Source of the DNA: Longimicrobiales bacterium
Lineage (GTDB): Bacteria > Gemmatimonadota > Gemmatimonadetes > Longimicrobiales > Gaopeijiaceae
Length of the DNA stretch: 64,000 nucleotides
Reading direction: 5' to 3'
NCBI GenBank assembly: GCA_965211795.1
Contig: OZ242973.1
Coordinates: 2,234,088-2,298,087, forward strand
Of the stretch, positions 9,745-19,546 are shown piece by piece (within the stretch, counting starts at the first letter, position 1; each line of letters starts with the position of its first letter). The notes under the pieces were generated by a model, which ran no database searches, was not told the origin of the DNA, and saw only the letters and a program-made list of their open reading frames with translations. Position numbers and translations under genes: made by a program.

Positions 9745-12700
9745 CTACTCATTCCCGCCCTCCGACCCCCTGTACCGCCTCACGATCTCGAGTCCCTGCA
9801 GCGCATCCTTGTTCCTGGCCAGGTCCAGAGGGTTGCGGCCCTCTTTGTCAGGCAGGCCGGGATCCGCCCCGAGTTCCAGCAACCGCGGGAAGACGACGGG
9901 ATTCCCTATGGCCGAGGCGTGCAACGGGGTCCAGCCACGGGAATCCCTGGCGTTGACGTCCGCTCCGGCCCTGACGAGAGCCTCCACGACATCCGGCGTT
10001 CCGTAGTGGGCAGCCGCGACGTGCAGGGGCGTGGTCCCGGCGTCGGCAGTCGCATTCACATCGGCTCCCGCCTCGATCAGCGCATCCACGATGGCAGGAT
10101 TGCGGTTCTGAGCGGCCGCCTCGTGCAACGGCGTCCAGCTGTCCGGTGTGTTGCCGGTGCCACCCCAGCGAATCCCGTGCGCCTCCGCGCCCCAGGCGTG
10201 CAGGTCCGCCCCAGCGGCGACCAGCGCGGCGATGACCTCGGGATTCCCGGTGCGCGCCGCGGCCTCGTGCAAGGGCGTCCGGCCCCCCGACGCTCGCGCA
10301 TTCACATCGGCACCGGCCTCCACAAGGAGGGCAATGACGGCCGCATTCCCGTTTCCCGCCGCCGCACGGTGCAGCGGCGTCCTGGCGGAGGTGCCGCGGG
10401 CGTGAAGATCGGCCCCGGCCTCCAGCAACGCGGCAGCTACCGCCGGATCCGGGTTGCCTCCCGCCGCCTCGTGCAGTGGCGTGTAGTCCCACCCGTAGTC
10501 GACGTCGAAATGGTGTAGCCACGCGTTTACGTCCGCTCCCGCTTCCAGGAGGGCGGTGACCACACTCGCGGAACCCGTTCGCGCGGCCACGTGGAGGGGT
10601 GCCCGGTCCCGTTGGTCGCGCGCCTCGACATCGGCTCCGGCGTTCACCAGTACCGAAATCACCTCGGGGTCCCGGGCCCACCCGGCCGCGATGTGCAGCG
10701 GCGACGAGCCACCCTCCTCGGATCGGGCGTTCGCGTCCGCCCCGCTCCGGATGCAACCGGTCACGATTGCGACATCCGCGCGGCTGAAGAACATCGCCCT
10801 GTTCCATTGCGCGCAGTCCAAAGGGTCGACCAGCGTGCCGATGCCCGGATCGGCGCCCAGTTCGAGGAGTCTCTCATAGATGGCGGGCCGATCCCTGTCC
10901 AGAGCCGACTGGAGCGGCGTGCGCCCACGGTCGTCGAGTGCGTTCACGTCGGCTCCGGCGTCGACCAGCAGCGAGATGATGGAAGGATTCCTGGCGCTGT
11001 GCAGCGGCGTCCCGCCCGCCCTGTCTTGCGCGCCGACATCCGCGCCGGCCTCGAGCAGGGCGGTCACGATGGAGGCCCTGTCGCCCCAGCCCCCCGCCGC
11101 CACCGCACTGTGCAGGGGGGTGCTACCCCACTCGTTCCAGCCGTTCACATCCGCACCCGCCTCCACGAGCGCCGCGATGACCGCGGGTGCCGATTCTCTG
11201 GTCCGCACCAGTCCCGCCACCTGAAACAGAGGCGGCCCCGTGTATTTGCCAGGCGCGTTCGGGTCAGCCCCCGTCTCCAGGCAGCCGACCACGCTCTGGA
11301 GCGGAGCGTCACGAAAGTAGAACGAATTGCTCCAGTCGCAGACTGTGGGCCCCGCGACTCTGCCAAGATTGTCGAGTATCTCCGGGTCCGCCCCCAGTTC
11401 GAGAAGTTCCCGGACGATCGTTTTGTTGTCGTTCTTCCAGGCCATGTGAAGGGCCGTCTCGCCCTTGTGGTTGCGTGCATTCAGGTCCGCTCCGGCATCC
11501 ACCAGCATGGTGACCATGGACGAGTCGGGGCGGCCGGACAGCGACGCCGCCCGGTGCAGCGGACTGTCGCCGGATGCGTCCGTGGCGCCGACATCCGCGC
11601 CGGCCTCCAGGAGAGCTGTCACGTTGGCCGGCTTGTTGCGCGCGACCGCCTGGTACAGCGGCGTCTCGCCGTCCTCGTTGCGCGGGTCGACATCGCTCCC
11701 GCCGTCCAGCAGAACCGCGACGACCGCCGGGATGCCGTGTGCGGCCGCCGGATGCAACGGGGTCTCGTCATCGATGGTCCGCGCGTTCGCGTCCGCGCCG
11801 GCGCCGAGCAGGGTGGCGACTATCTCCGCGTTCTCTTCGAAGGCCGCCAGATAGAGTGGGGTCCAGCCCAGCTCGGAATGCGCATTTGGATCCGCACCCA
11901 GCCCGAGCAGCCTCGCAACCCAGGCCTCGAGAACGGGGTCGGAACCCCGGGCGCGGTTCAGCGACCACATCGCCAGATACAGCGGGGTCCGGTTGCGATT
12001 GTCACGGGTATTGACATCCGCCCCTGCGTCGAGCAGCGCGGCGGCGATCACAGGGTTCCCAGCCGCCAGGTGCAGAGGCTCCTGGCCACCAGCGTCACGC
12101 ACCCATGCCTCCGCTCCAGCCTCCAGCAGCAACGTCACGATCTCGAGGTCGTTCGACCGGACCGCGCGGTGAAGGGGTGTCGTAACCCGGTTGTTGCGTG
12201 CGTTCACATCGGCTCCGGCCTCCAGCAAGAGGGCAGTGAAGTCGGCGTTTGCGTTCGAAGCCGCATGGTGGAGAGGAGTCGTGCCGTCGTTGTTGCGCGC
12301 CCCGCTATCCGCGCCCGCTGCCAGGAGGAGCGTGAGGTTGGCGAGATTCCCATGCCCCACCGTGTAATGGAGCATCGTATTCCCGTCATCGTCCCCGGCG
12401 TCGATGTCCGCGCCCGCTTCCAGACACGCGGAGACGCCTTCCGGACCGGCCGTCCTGGCGAATGCGGCAGTGGCCCAGTGCTCGCAATTCGTCGGATCGG
12501 CCACGCGGCCCTCGTTGTCACGGGCCAGGGGGTCGGCGCCCAGGTCCAGGAGGGCGTGGACAATCTCCGGGTTGTCGTTGCGCCAGGACATGTGGAGGGG
12601 CGTGACGCCGTCCGCGCTGGGAAGGCTCACATCGGCACCGCCCTCCACCAGGGCGATGACAACCGCTGGATTCGGATTGTTCCTCGCGGCTGTGTGAAGG

Positions 12701-13005
12701 GCCGTCACCCCATCCCAGTTGCGGGCATTCGCGTCGGCGCCCCCGGCCAGCAGCGCGGCGATGACGGCGGGATCCGGGTTGAAGTGGGACGCCTTGTGCA
12801 GGGGCGTCGCGTTGTTGTTGTCACGGACATTCGGGTCCTGACCGGAACGGATGCATGCGGTGACGATCTCGGCCGTCAGCGACTCGAAGAGGGACGGGTT
12901 CCAGACCGAGTCCCAACCTTCGCAGCCCTCCTCCTGCGCGGAGGCGGGAGGGGCAAGGAGGGACAGGAGGACGGCGATTCCGCACAGCAATGGGGACGCC
13001 TTCAT
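9745..13005 (-). CDS. Giant exported ankyrin-repeat protein, paralog A (1086 aa)
   Basis: Signal peptide MKASPLLCGIAVLLSLLAPPASA|QEEGCEGW. The rest is back-to-back 33-aa ANK repeats (G-x-TPLH-x-AA...LL-x-AGAD-x-NA). GGAG lies 8 nt upstream of the ATG. Confidence 0.9.
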   Translation of the reverse strand: MKASPLLCGIAVLLSLLAPPASAQEEGCEGWDSVWNPSLFESLTAEIVTACIRSGQDPNVRDNNNATPLHKASHFNPDPAVIAALLAGGADANARNWDGVTALHTAARNNPNPAVVIALVEGGADVSLPSADGVTPLHMSWRNDNPEIVHALLDLGADPLARDNEGRVADPTNCEHWATAAFARTAGPEGVSACLEAGADIDAGDDDGNTMLHYTVGHGNLANLTLLLAAGADSGARNNDGTTPLHHAASNANADFTALLLEAGADVNARNNRVTTPLHRAVRSNDLEIVTLLLEAGAEAWVRDAGGQEPLHLAAGNPVIAAALLDAGADVNTRDNRNRTPLYLAMWSLNRARGSDPVLEAWVARLLGLGADPNAHSELGWTPLYLAAFEENAEIVATLLGAGADANARTIDDETPLHPAAAHGIPAVVAVLLDGGSDVDPRNEDGETPLYQAVARNKPANVTALLEAGADVGATDASGDSPLHRAASLSGRPDSSMVTMLVDAGADLNARNHKGETALHMAWKNDNKTIVRELLELGADPEILDNLGRVAGPTVCDWSNSFYFRDAPLQSVVGCLETGADPNAPGKYTGPPLFQVAGLVRTRESAPAVIAALVEAGADVNGWNEWGSTPLHSAVAAGGWGDRASIVTALLEAGADVGAQDRAGGTPLHSARNPSIISLLVDAGADVNALDDRGRTPLQSALDRDRPAIYERLLELGADPGIGTLVDPLDCAQWNRAMFFSRADVAIVTGCIRSGADANARSEEGGSSPLHIAAGWARDPEVISVLVNAGADVEARDQRDRAPLHVAARTGSASVVTALLEAGADVNAWLHHFDVDYGWDYTPLHEAAGGNPDPAVAAALLEAGADLHARGTSARTPLHRAAAGNGNAAVIALLVEAGADVNARASGGRTPLHEAAARTGNPEVIAALVAAGADLHAWGAEAHGIRWGGTGNTPDSWTPLHEAAAQNRNPAIVDALIEAGADVNATADAGTTPLHVAAAHYGTPDVVEALVRAGADVNARDSRGWTPLHASAIGNPVVFPRLLELGADPGLPDKEGRNPLDLARNKDALQGLEIVRRYRGSEGGNE

Positions 13006-13101
13006 CAGCGGCTCCGGGAGGGGTGGTTTCCTCTCTCTACCATGGCCCGTTGGGCAAGGTTCCCGCCGTGCAGGGGGATTCGGTGTGGTGTACCCGGACG
13101 A

Positions 13102-16100
13102 TCAACGTTTCACCACTTCCAGCTCCTGCAGCGCCTTCTGTTCCCTGGCGTAGTCCATGGGGGTCTTGCCGTTCCCGTCGAGGGCCTCCGGATCGGCTCC
13201 CGCTTCCAGCAGGGCCAGGAACACGGCCGGATCCGCCCGAATGGCCGCTGCGTGGAGGGGCGTCATGTCGAGGCCGCCCGGGCGGGGCCAGCGATAGTAA
13301 ACCGCACGCGCGTCGATGGCCGCCCCTGCCTCCAGCAGCAGAGCGACGACTTCAGGTGTCGCAGCGTCATGCAGGGGAGTCGGGCCATCTTCCCTGTCTC
13401 GTGCGTGGACATTCGCACCCGCTGCCAGCAGCGCCGCTACCACGGCCGGGCGCCCGCCCATTACGGCCTCGTGCAAGGGCGTCAGACCGTCGTCGCCGTG
13501 GTAGCCCCTGCTGGTCCACGCGTTGAGTTCGGCGCCGGCTTCGACCAGCGCCACGATCATGGCCGGATCTTCGCTGCGCCACGCGGCCGAGTGCAACGGC
13601 GATCCGCCGGAGCCATCCCGGGCATTCACGTCCGCACCGGCCTGCACCAGGAGAGGGACGATCGCGGGATCCCGGGCCCAGGCGGACGCGAAGTGGAGGG
13701 GAGTCGAGCTACCGGGCTGACTCACGCCCCCTAACCGGTAGTCAAAGCTGGCGTTCACGTCGGCGCCACGCTCGATGCACCCGACAACCGTCTCGGTCGG
13801 GGCGAGGTGGAAGAAGGTGGCGGTGTTGAACCTGGCGCAGTTCACGGGGTTCGCCACATGCCCCGAATCATCCAGCGCGCTGGTGTCGGACCCGAGCTCG
13901 ATCAGCCTGGCCGCGACGCGCGGGTTGTCGGTCCGCAGTGCGTGGTGCAGCGCGGTTCGGCCCACGTCGTCCGTAGCGTGCAGGTCGGCCCCGGCCTCGA
14001 CAAGCAGAGAGACCAGGGAGTCGTTGTCGGGCCATGCCCGACCCGCAGCGACGTGTAGGGGGGTTGCGCCAAGGCTGTCGCGGGAGTTCACCTCGGCGCC
14101 CACGTTCAGAAGCGCCCGCGCGCCGCGAGGGCCACCCGATCGCCCCCCTCTTTCCGCCACATCGTGCAGGGGAGTCCTGCCCCTGCGATCCGGCGCGTTC
14201 ACGTCCGCACCGGCCTCGACAAAGCCGGCAACGACACGGTCGAAGGGGTAGTCGTCCCGTCCGGCGAGGGACACGAATCGGTACAGCGGTGTTTCGCCGT
14301 ACTGGTTGCGCGCATGCACGTCGGCACCGGCGCGCAGACACCCGATGACGCTCTCCCACGGGACGAGCGAGAAAAACAGCGTGTTCGTCCAGTCGCAGAC
14401 CATGGGCCGCGGGGTCCTGCCCAGATCGTCCACCGCAAGCGGGTCGGCCCCCAGCGCCAGGAGCTTGTCGACGACCGGCCGGTGACGGTTCCTGGTGGCC
14501 ACGTGCAGCGGTGTCTCGCCACGGTGGTTGCGGGCGTTGACATCCGCGCCGGCGGCGGCCAGAGCGGCGACCAGGAGCGTGTCGGCGGGGTCGGGTGGAT
14601 CGTCTCTTCGGCTGTACGACCCCGGCCACACCGCCGCGAGGTGCAGAGGTGTGTCACCGCCCTGCGTCTGGAGATGCACGTCCGCGCCCGCCTCCAGCAG
14701 GGCGGTCACGTTTGCGGGCTTCTTCGCCCCGACCGCCCGGTGGAGTGGTGTCGTGCCGCGGCTGTCCTGATCGTCCACCTCGGCCCCGGCCGCGACGAGA
14801 GCAGCGATCGCTCCGGGCCCACCGCCGCGGGCCGCCGCGTGAAGAGACGACCGGCCGGGAGCGGGGTTCGCATCCGCACCCGCCTCCAGCAGAACCGCGA
14901 CGATTTCGGGGTTGTCGCCCTGACGCGTGGCTGCGTCCAGAACGGGGAACAGTAGGTCCGGCGCATTGACGTCGGCACCGAGATCCAGGAGCCTTCGGAC
15001 CACATCGACGACCTTGTCGGTGCCATATCTGAGAACACTCAGCAGGACGTTTATCCCGTGCTCGTTCTGGTCGTTGACATCCGCGCCGGCCGCAACCAGA
15101 ATCTCGAGAATCTCCGGGGTTCCGAAACCGATGTCGGCCGCCCGGAGCAACGGTGAATTGCCGCTGCTGGTACGGGCGTGGATGTCCGCCCCTGCCTCGA
15201 GCAGCATGGCCACGGTCTCGAGGCCTTCCACCGCGGCCGCATGGTGCAGAGGGATGCTTCCCCCGTTATCGCGAGCGTTTGCATCCGCCCCCGCGGCCAG
15301 CAGTGCCGCCACGATGGGGGGATTCTCGACGAGGTCAGCCCTATTGGTCGCCACTTCCACGCGCTTGCCCCAGGCGGCGTTGTGCAGGGGAGTGCTTCGC
15401 ACGTCATTGCGGGCGTTCACCTCCGCGCCGGCTTCCAGCAACAGGGTCACGACTGCGGGGTCCTTGCTCGCAGGGGACTCATCGGCGCCACCCCCCAACA
15501 TTTCGGTAGCCCACAGCAGCGGTGTGTTCCCGTGCCTGTCGCGCGCGTTCACGTCCGCACCGGACGCCAGACAGGCAGCGGTGGCCTGGGCGGTTGCGAC
15601 GCGAGCGAACCACTGCGTGTTCCAATACCCACAGTCCAGCGGATCGGCGACCTCGCCCCGGTCGTTGACCAGGGTGGGGTCCGCCCCGAGTTCAAGCAGC
15701 AGGTAGACCACCTCGGCGTGTTCGTTGTGCCGGGAGGCATGCAAAGGGGTGTTGCCCGCGCTGTCCCGTGCGTTCAGATCCGCTCCGGCCCTTGCCAGTT
15801 CGGCAACGACCTGGCTCCGCTTTGATGCGGCGGCCCCATGCAGGGGCGTCCGGCCCCACCGGTTCCGCGCTTCGACATCCGCGCCGGCTTCGAGCAGCAC
15901 AACGAAGACCGCGGGCTCCCAGGCGTAGCGGGAAGCGAAGTGGAGTGGAGTGTTCCCGGCATCCGGGGAGTTGCGGTCGCGGTCGTTTCTCGCGTCGAGA
16001 TCCGCCCCGGCTTCCAGGCACGCCGCGACGGCCTCGGCAGTGGCTCGATAGAAGAAGTCGTGCGTGTTCCAGTCGTCGCAGTCCTCCTGGGCGGAGGCGG

Positions 16101-16155
16101 GCACGGCGACGAGGGCGAGTGCCACCGCTCCCGCCAACCGGGGGATTGTCTTCAT
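13102..16155 (-). CDS. Giant exported ankyrin-repeat protein, paralog B (1017 aa from M18)
   Basis: ORF 13102..16206 trimmed to MKTIPRLAGAVALALVAVPASA|QEDCDDW. The leader AATCGGTTGGAnnGAATG is shared with paralogs C and D. ANK repeats throughout. Confidence 0.88.
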   Translation of the reverse strand: MKTIPRLAGAVALALVAVPASAQEDCDDWNTHDFFYRATAEAVAACLEAGADLDARNDRDRNSPDAGNTPLHFASRYAWEPAVFVVLLEAGADVEARNRWGRTPLHGAAASKRSQVVAELARAGADLNARDSAGNTPLHASRHNEHAEVVYLLLELGADPTLVNDRGEVADPLDCGYWNTQWFARVATAQATAACLASGADVNARDRHGNTPLLWATEMLGGGADESPASKDPAVVTLLLEAGAEVNARNDVRSTPLHNAAWGKRVEVATNRADLVENPPIVAALLAAGADANARDNGGSIPLHHAAAVEGLETVAMLLEAGADIHARTSSGNSPLLRAADIGFGTPEILEILVAAGADVNDQNEHGINVLLSVLRYGTDKVVDVVRRLLDLGADVNAPDLLFPVLDAATRQGDNPEIVAVLLEAGADANPAPGRSSLHAAARGGGPGAIAALVAAGAEVDDQDSRGTTPLHRAVGAKKPANVTALLEAGADVHLQTQGGDTPLHLAAVWPGSYSRRDDPPDPADTLLVAALAAAGADVNARNHRGETPLHVATRNRHRPVVDKLLALGADPLAVDDLGRTPRPMVCDWTNTLFFSLVPWESVIGCLRAGADVHARNQYGETPLYRFVSLAGRDDYPFDRVVAGFVEAGADVNAPDRRGRTPLHDVAERGGRSGGPRGARALLNVGAEVNSRDSLGATPLHVAAGRAWPDNDSLVSLLVEAGADLHATDDVGRTALHHALRTDNPRVAARLIELGSDTSALDDSGHVANPVNCARFNTATFFHLAPTETVVGCIERGADVNASFDYRLGGVSQPGSSTPLHFASAWARDPAIVPLLVQAGADVNARDGSGGSPLHSAAWRSEDPAMIVALVEAGAELNAWTSRGYHGDDGLTPLHEAVMGGRPAVVAALLAAGANVHARDREDGPTPLHDAATPEVVALLLEAGAAIDARAVYYRWPRPGGLDMTPLHAAAIRADPAVFLALLEAGADPEALDGNGKTPMDYAREQKALQELEVVKR

Positions 16156-16214
16156 TCTGTCCAACCGATTCCTGGGTGCTCGTCCATGCTCACCGTCTTC
16201 CCGCACTCGTCGAT

Positions 16215-16255
16215 ATGTAAACCATAATTGTCAAAATGACAACTGTGATTGACAT
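16215..16255. promoter_or_regulatory. 41-bp quasi-palindromic AT-rich element, copy 2
   Basis: ATGTAAACCATAATTGTCAAAATGACAACTGTGATTGACAT. Lies 60 nt upstream of the ANK-B start. On the minus strand it reads TTGTCA-N17-TACATA. Confidence 0.6.
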
Positions 16256-16306
16256 TCTGCGACTCCGCGCGCCTTACGGGCGTTGTCGGCGTTATCCACC
16301 GTCCCA

Positions 16307-19300
16307 TCAGTGCCCCGACCGCTTCACCACCTCAAGCTCCTGCAACGCCTCGTCCTCCCTGGCGTAGTCCATGGGAGTCTTGTCGGCCTGGTCGGCCGCG
16401 GTTGGATCGGCCCCCGCGTCCAGCAGCAGCAGGAACACCGCCGGATTCGCCCGCGCGGCCAGGTGCAGAGGTGTCTGCCTGTAGCGCAACCAACAGCAAC
16501 TGACGTAGGTCATCCCCCATGCATTGACGTCCGCGCCGGCCTCGACCAGCAGCCGGGCGACCGCCGGATTCCGGTTCCAACGTGCGGCCTTGTGCAACGG
16601 GGTCCCGACGACATCCTCGCTCTGCGCGTGGACGTTCGCTCCGGCTTCGAGCAGCGCGGCCGTCACGGCCGGGTTCTCATTGCTGCTCGCCGCGGCGTGC
16701 AGCGGGGTTCCGTGCCAGCTGTAATGGTAGGTGATGAAGTCGTCGGTCCACGCCTCGACATCGGCGCCGGCCTCGATGAGCGCCGTGGCCACCGCGGCGT
16801 TGCCGTTCGTCTCCGCGGCCCGGTGCAGTGGCGTGTACTGATCCTCGTCGCGCGCGTTCACATCGGCCCCGGCCCGCACCAGGAGCCCGACGACCTCGTG
16901 GTCGGGCGCCCAAGCGGCCGCGAAGTGCAGGGGTGTGGAGCCCGCCGCCAGACTCCCGTCCTCTTCGGAGCGGGCATTGACGTTCGCGCCTTCCTCGATG
17001 CAGGCGGCCACGACCTCGGTTGAAGCGACGCGGAAGAAGGAACCGGTGTTCCATCGCGCGCAAGCGGCGGGATCGGCCACGTGCCCGGAATCGTCCCGCG
17101 CGCCGGTGTCGGCCCCGAGTTCGAGCAGAGCGGCCACGCCGGCGGGTTTGTCGTGCTGTAGCGCCACATGCAGGGGAGTTCGGCCCTCGGAGTCGGTCGC
17201 GTGTACGTCCGCTCCGGCCCCAACCAGCAGGGCGATTGAGGCGAGTTTCTCCACGGCCCCGTGCAGAGGCGTGCGACCCCTGGCGTCCTGTGCGTTCACA
17301 TCCGCGCCGGCCTCGAGTAGTGCGGCCGCGACGACTGTCCTGTCGCGCGAGATGCCCATCGCCGCGTGCAGCGGGGCTCTCCCCCAATAGTCCCGCGCGT
17401 CCAGATCGGCGCCGGCTTCAACAAGTGCGGCGACGACCTTGGCGGCGGGGTAGTCATCCGGCAGGACCTCCGCGCCCGCCAGTCGGTGGAGAGGCGTCTC
17501 AAGGTCCTCGTCCCGGGCGTGCACGTCCGCTCCGGCCTCCAGACAGCCGAGCACGCCTTCCCAGGGGACCTGACGGAAGAAATAGGTGCGCATCCAGTCG
17601 CAGACCATGGGACGGGGCACCCGGCCCAGGTGATCCTCGGCGAGCGGGTCGGCCCCCAGCGCCAGCAGCTTGTCGGCGACCGGCGCGTGACGGTTTCGGG
17701 TGGCGGCGTGCAGCGGCGTCTCGCCGTACCGGTTGCGAGCGTTCACATCCGCACCCGAGGCGACCAGCGCGATGACCATGAGCGTGTCGGGCTCGGGTGG
17801 ATTGTCTCTTCGGCGAAACCGTTTCGGCGGCCACGCCGCCGCCATGTGCAGGGGCGTCTCGCCTTGCCGTACCCGTAGTCGCGCGTCCGCCCCCGCTTCC
17901 AGTAGCGCGGTGACGTTGGCGGGCTGTTTCGCCTCGATCGCCAGGTGTAGCGGCGTTCGACCGCTGCCGTCCTGCCCATCCACCTCCGCACCTCCCGCCA
18001 CCAGAGCGGCGATCGTCGAGGGGCTTCCGTCGTCGGCTGCCGCGTGCAGCGGTGATCTGCCGGACGGGGTCCGGTAGTTCGCGTCCGCGCCCGCCGCGAG
18101 GAGAACCGCAATGAGCCCGGGGACCTCCGGGAGACGCGCGGCTTCGTACAATGGAGGACCGAACACGGAGCTCTCCTCGCCGACATCCGCACCGAGTGCC
18201 AGGAGCCTGCGGACGATGTCGGTCACCTGTTGGCCCGGCAGCTCTTCGCTGATGATGGCATTCAGCACGACCCCCTCCCCACGCTTGTTGCGGTCGCGCA
18301 CGTCCGCTCCCGCCTCCAGCAGCGCCTCGAAAACCGCGGGGTTCCGGAAGCCCGCACGGAGCAATGGTGTGTTGCCCGCCCGGTCACGGGCGTGGACGTC
18401 CGCGCCAGCCTCCAGCAGCAGGGCCACGGTCTCGGGCGCGTCCAGCGCGGCAGCGCGGTGAAGCGGGGTCGTCTCCGGCCAGTAGCGCAGGATCAATTCG
18501 CTGTCCTCGCCGTCATCAAGTCGCGCATTCACATCCGCCCCGGCTTCGAGCAGCAGGGAGACGATGGGGGGAACTTCAGTTCGTAGGGGCCCGGCGGGCA
18601 TTACAACCTGCCTCCCTCCCACGGCATTGAAGAGCGGCGTGGCTCCGAGCGTGTTTCGGGCGTTCACCTCCGCTCCGGCCCCCAGCAGCAGGGCCACGAC
18701 CTCCGGCCCCTCACTGACGGGCGTGCCGACCGTCCCGCCAGCCTCGAACAGGGTGGCAAACAGGAGCGGCGTGTTGCCGTCGCCGTCGCGCGCGTTCACA
18801 TCCGCGCCCTCGCCGATGCAGGCGGTCCAATCCTCAAGAGTGGCGGTGCGCGCGAACACCTCCGTGTTCCAGCGGTCGCAACTCACCGGATCGGCAGCCT
18901 GGCCCAGCAGGTTGCGCACCGTGCGGTCGGCTCCCAGCTCCAGCAGCCGATAGGCGACCAGGGGATTCCGGTTGGACCAGGAGGAGTGCAGCGGTGTGTC
19001 GCCTGAATCGGCCTGTGCGTTGACTTCCGCCCCGGCTTCCACCAATTCCGTGACGACGCTCGGGTCCTGGCACCGTTCGGCAGCCACGTGAAGGGGGGTC
19101 AGGCCCTGCCAGTTACGGGCGTGGACATCCGCTCCGGCAGCCAGAAGCAGGCTGACCGTCCCGGGGTCGTCCCGGCAATACCGGGCCGCGAAGTGAAGGG
19201 GAGTTGTCCCGCCGCCGCGACCCAATACGGTTGATACGTATTCGGTGCGGGCATGCACGTCGGCCCCGGCCTCCAGGCACGCTGCCACGTCCTCCGAGGT

Positions 19301-19414
19301 CGCGTTGACGAAGAAGGTGGCCGTGTTCCAGTCGTCGCAGGATTGCTGCGCGGCAGAGGGGTGGGCGAAGAGCACGAGCGCGAGCGCTCCCGTGAACCGT
19401 GGGATCATCTGCAT
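16307..19414 (-). CDS. Giant exported ankyrin-repeat protein, paralog C (1035 aa from M44)
   Basis: ORF 16307..19543 (GTG start) runs through the 41-bp element. Trimmed to MQMIPRFTGALALVLFAHPSAA|QQSCDDW. ANK repeats throughout. Confidence 0.88.
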   Translation of the reverse strand: MQMIPRFTGALALVLFAHPSAAQQSCDDWNTATFFVNATSEDVAACLEAGADVHARTEYVSTVLGRGGGTTPLHFAARYCRDDPGTVSLLLAAGADVHARNWQGLTPLHVAAERCQDPSVVTELVEAGAEVNAQADSGDTPLHSSWSNRNPLVAYRLLELGADRTVRNLLGQAADPVSCDRWNTEVFARTATLEDWTACIGEGADVNARDGDGNTPLLFATLFEAGGTVGTPVSEGPEVVALLLGAGAEVNARNTLGATPLFNAVGGRQVVMPAGPLRTEVPPIVSLLLEAGADVNARLDDGEDSELILRYWPETTPLHRAAALDAPETVALLLEAGADVHARDRAGNTPLLRAGFRNPAVFEALLEAGADVRDRNKRGEGVVLNAIISEELPGQQVTDIVRRLLALGADVGEESSVFGPPLYEAARLPEVPGLIAVLLAAGADANYRTPSGRSPLHAAADDGSPSTIAALVAGGAEVDGQDGSGRTPLHLAIEAKQPANVTALLEAGADARLRVRQGETPLHMAAAWPPKRFRRRDNPPEPDTLMVIALVASGADVNARNRYGETPLHAATRNRHAPVADKLLALGADPLAEDHLGRVPRPMVCDWMRTYFFRQVPWEGVLGCLEAGADVHARDEDLETPLHRLAGAEVLPDDYPAAKVVAALVEAGADLDARDYWGRAPLHAAMGISRDRTVVAAALLEAGADVNAQDARGRTPLHGAVEKLASIALLVGAGADVHATDSEGRTPLHVALQHDKPAGVAALLELGADTGARDDSGHVADPAACARWNTGSFFRVASTEVVAACIEEGANVNARSEEDGSLAAGSTPLHFAAAWAPDHEVVGLLVRAGADVNARDEDQYTPLHRAAETNGNAAVATALIEAGADVEAWTDDFITYHYSWHGTPLHAAASSNENPAVTAALLEAGANVHAQSEDVVGTPLHKAARWNRNPAVARLLVEAGADVNAWGMTYVSCCWLRYRQTPLHLAARANPAVFLLLLDAGADPTAADQADKTPMDYAREDEALQELEVVKRSGH

Positions 19415-19475
19415 TCCATCCAACCGATTCCTGATTGACCTGACCGTGCCGGCGGCCGGGCTGTTACCTGCCAAT

Positions 19476-19516
19476 ATGTAAACCGGCGTTGACCATTTGA
19501 CAACTGGAATTGACAT
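19476..19516. promoter_or_regulatory. 41-bp quasi-palindromic AT-rich element, copy 3
   Basis: ATGTAAACCGGCGTTGACCATTTGACAACTGGAATTGACAT. About 62 nt upstream of the ANK-C start. Coordinates are +/-1 nt. Confidence 0.6.
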
Positions 19517-19546
19517 CTGCGACACCTCGCGCGTGAAGCCCACCCA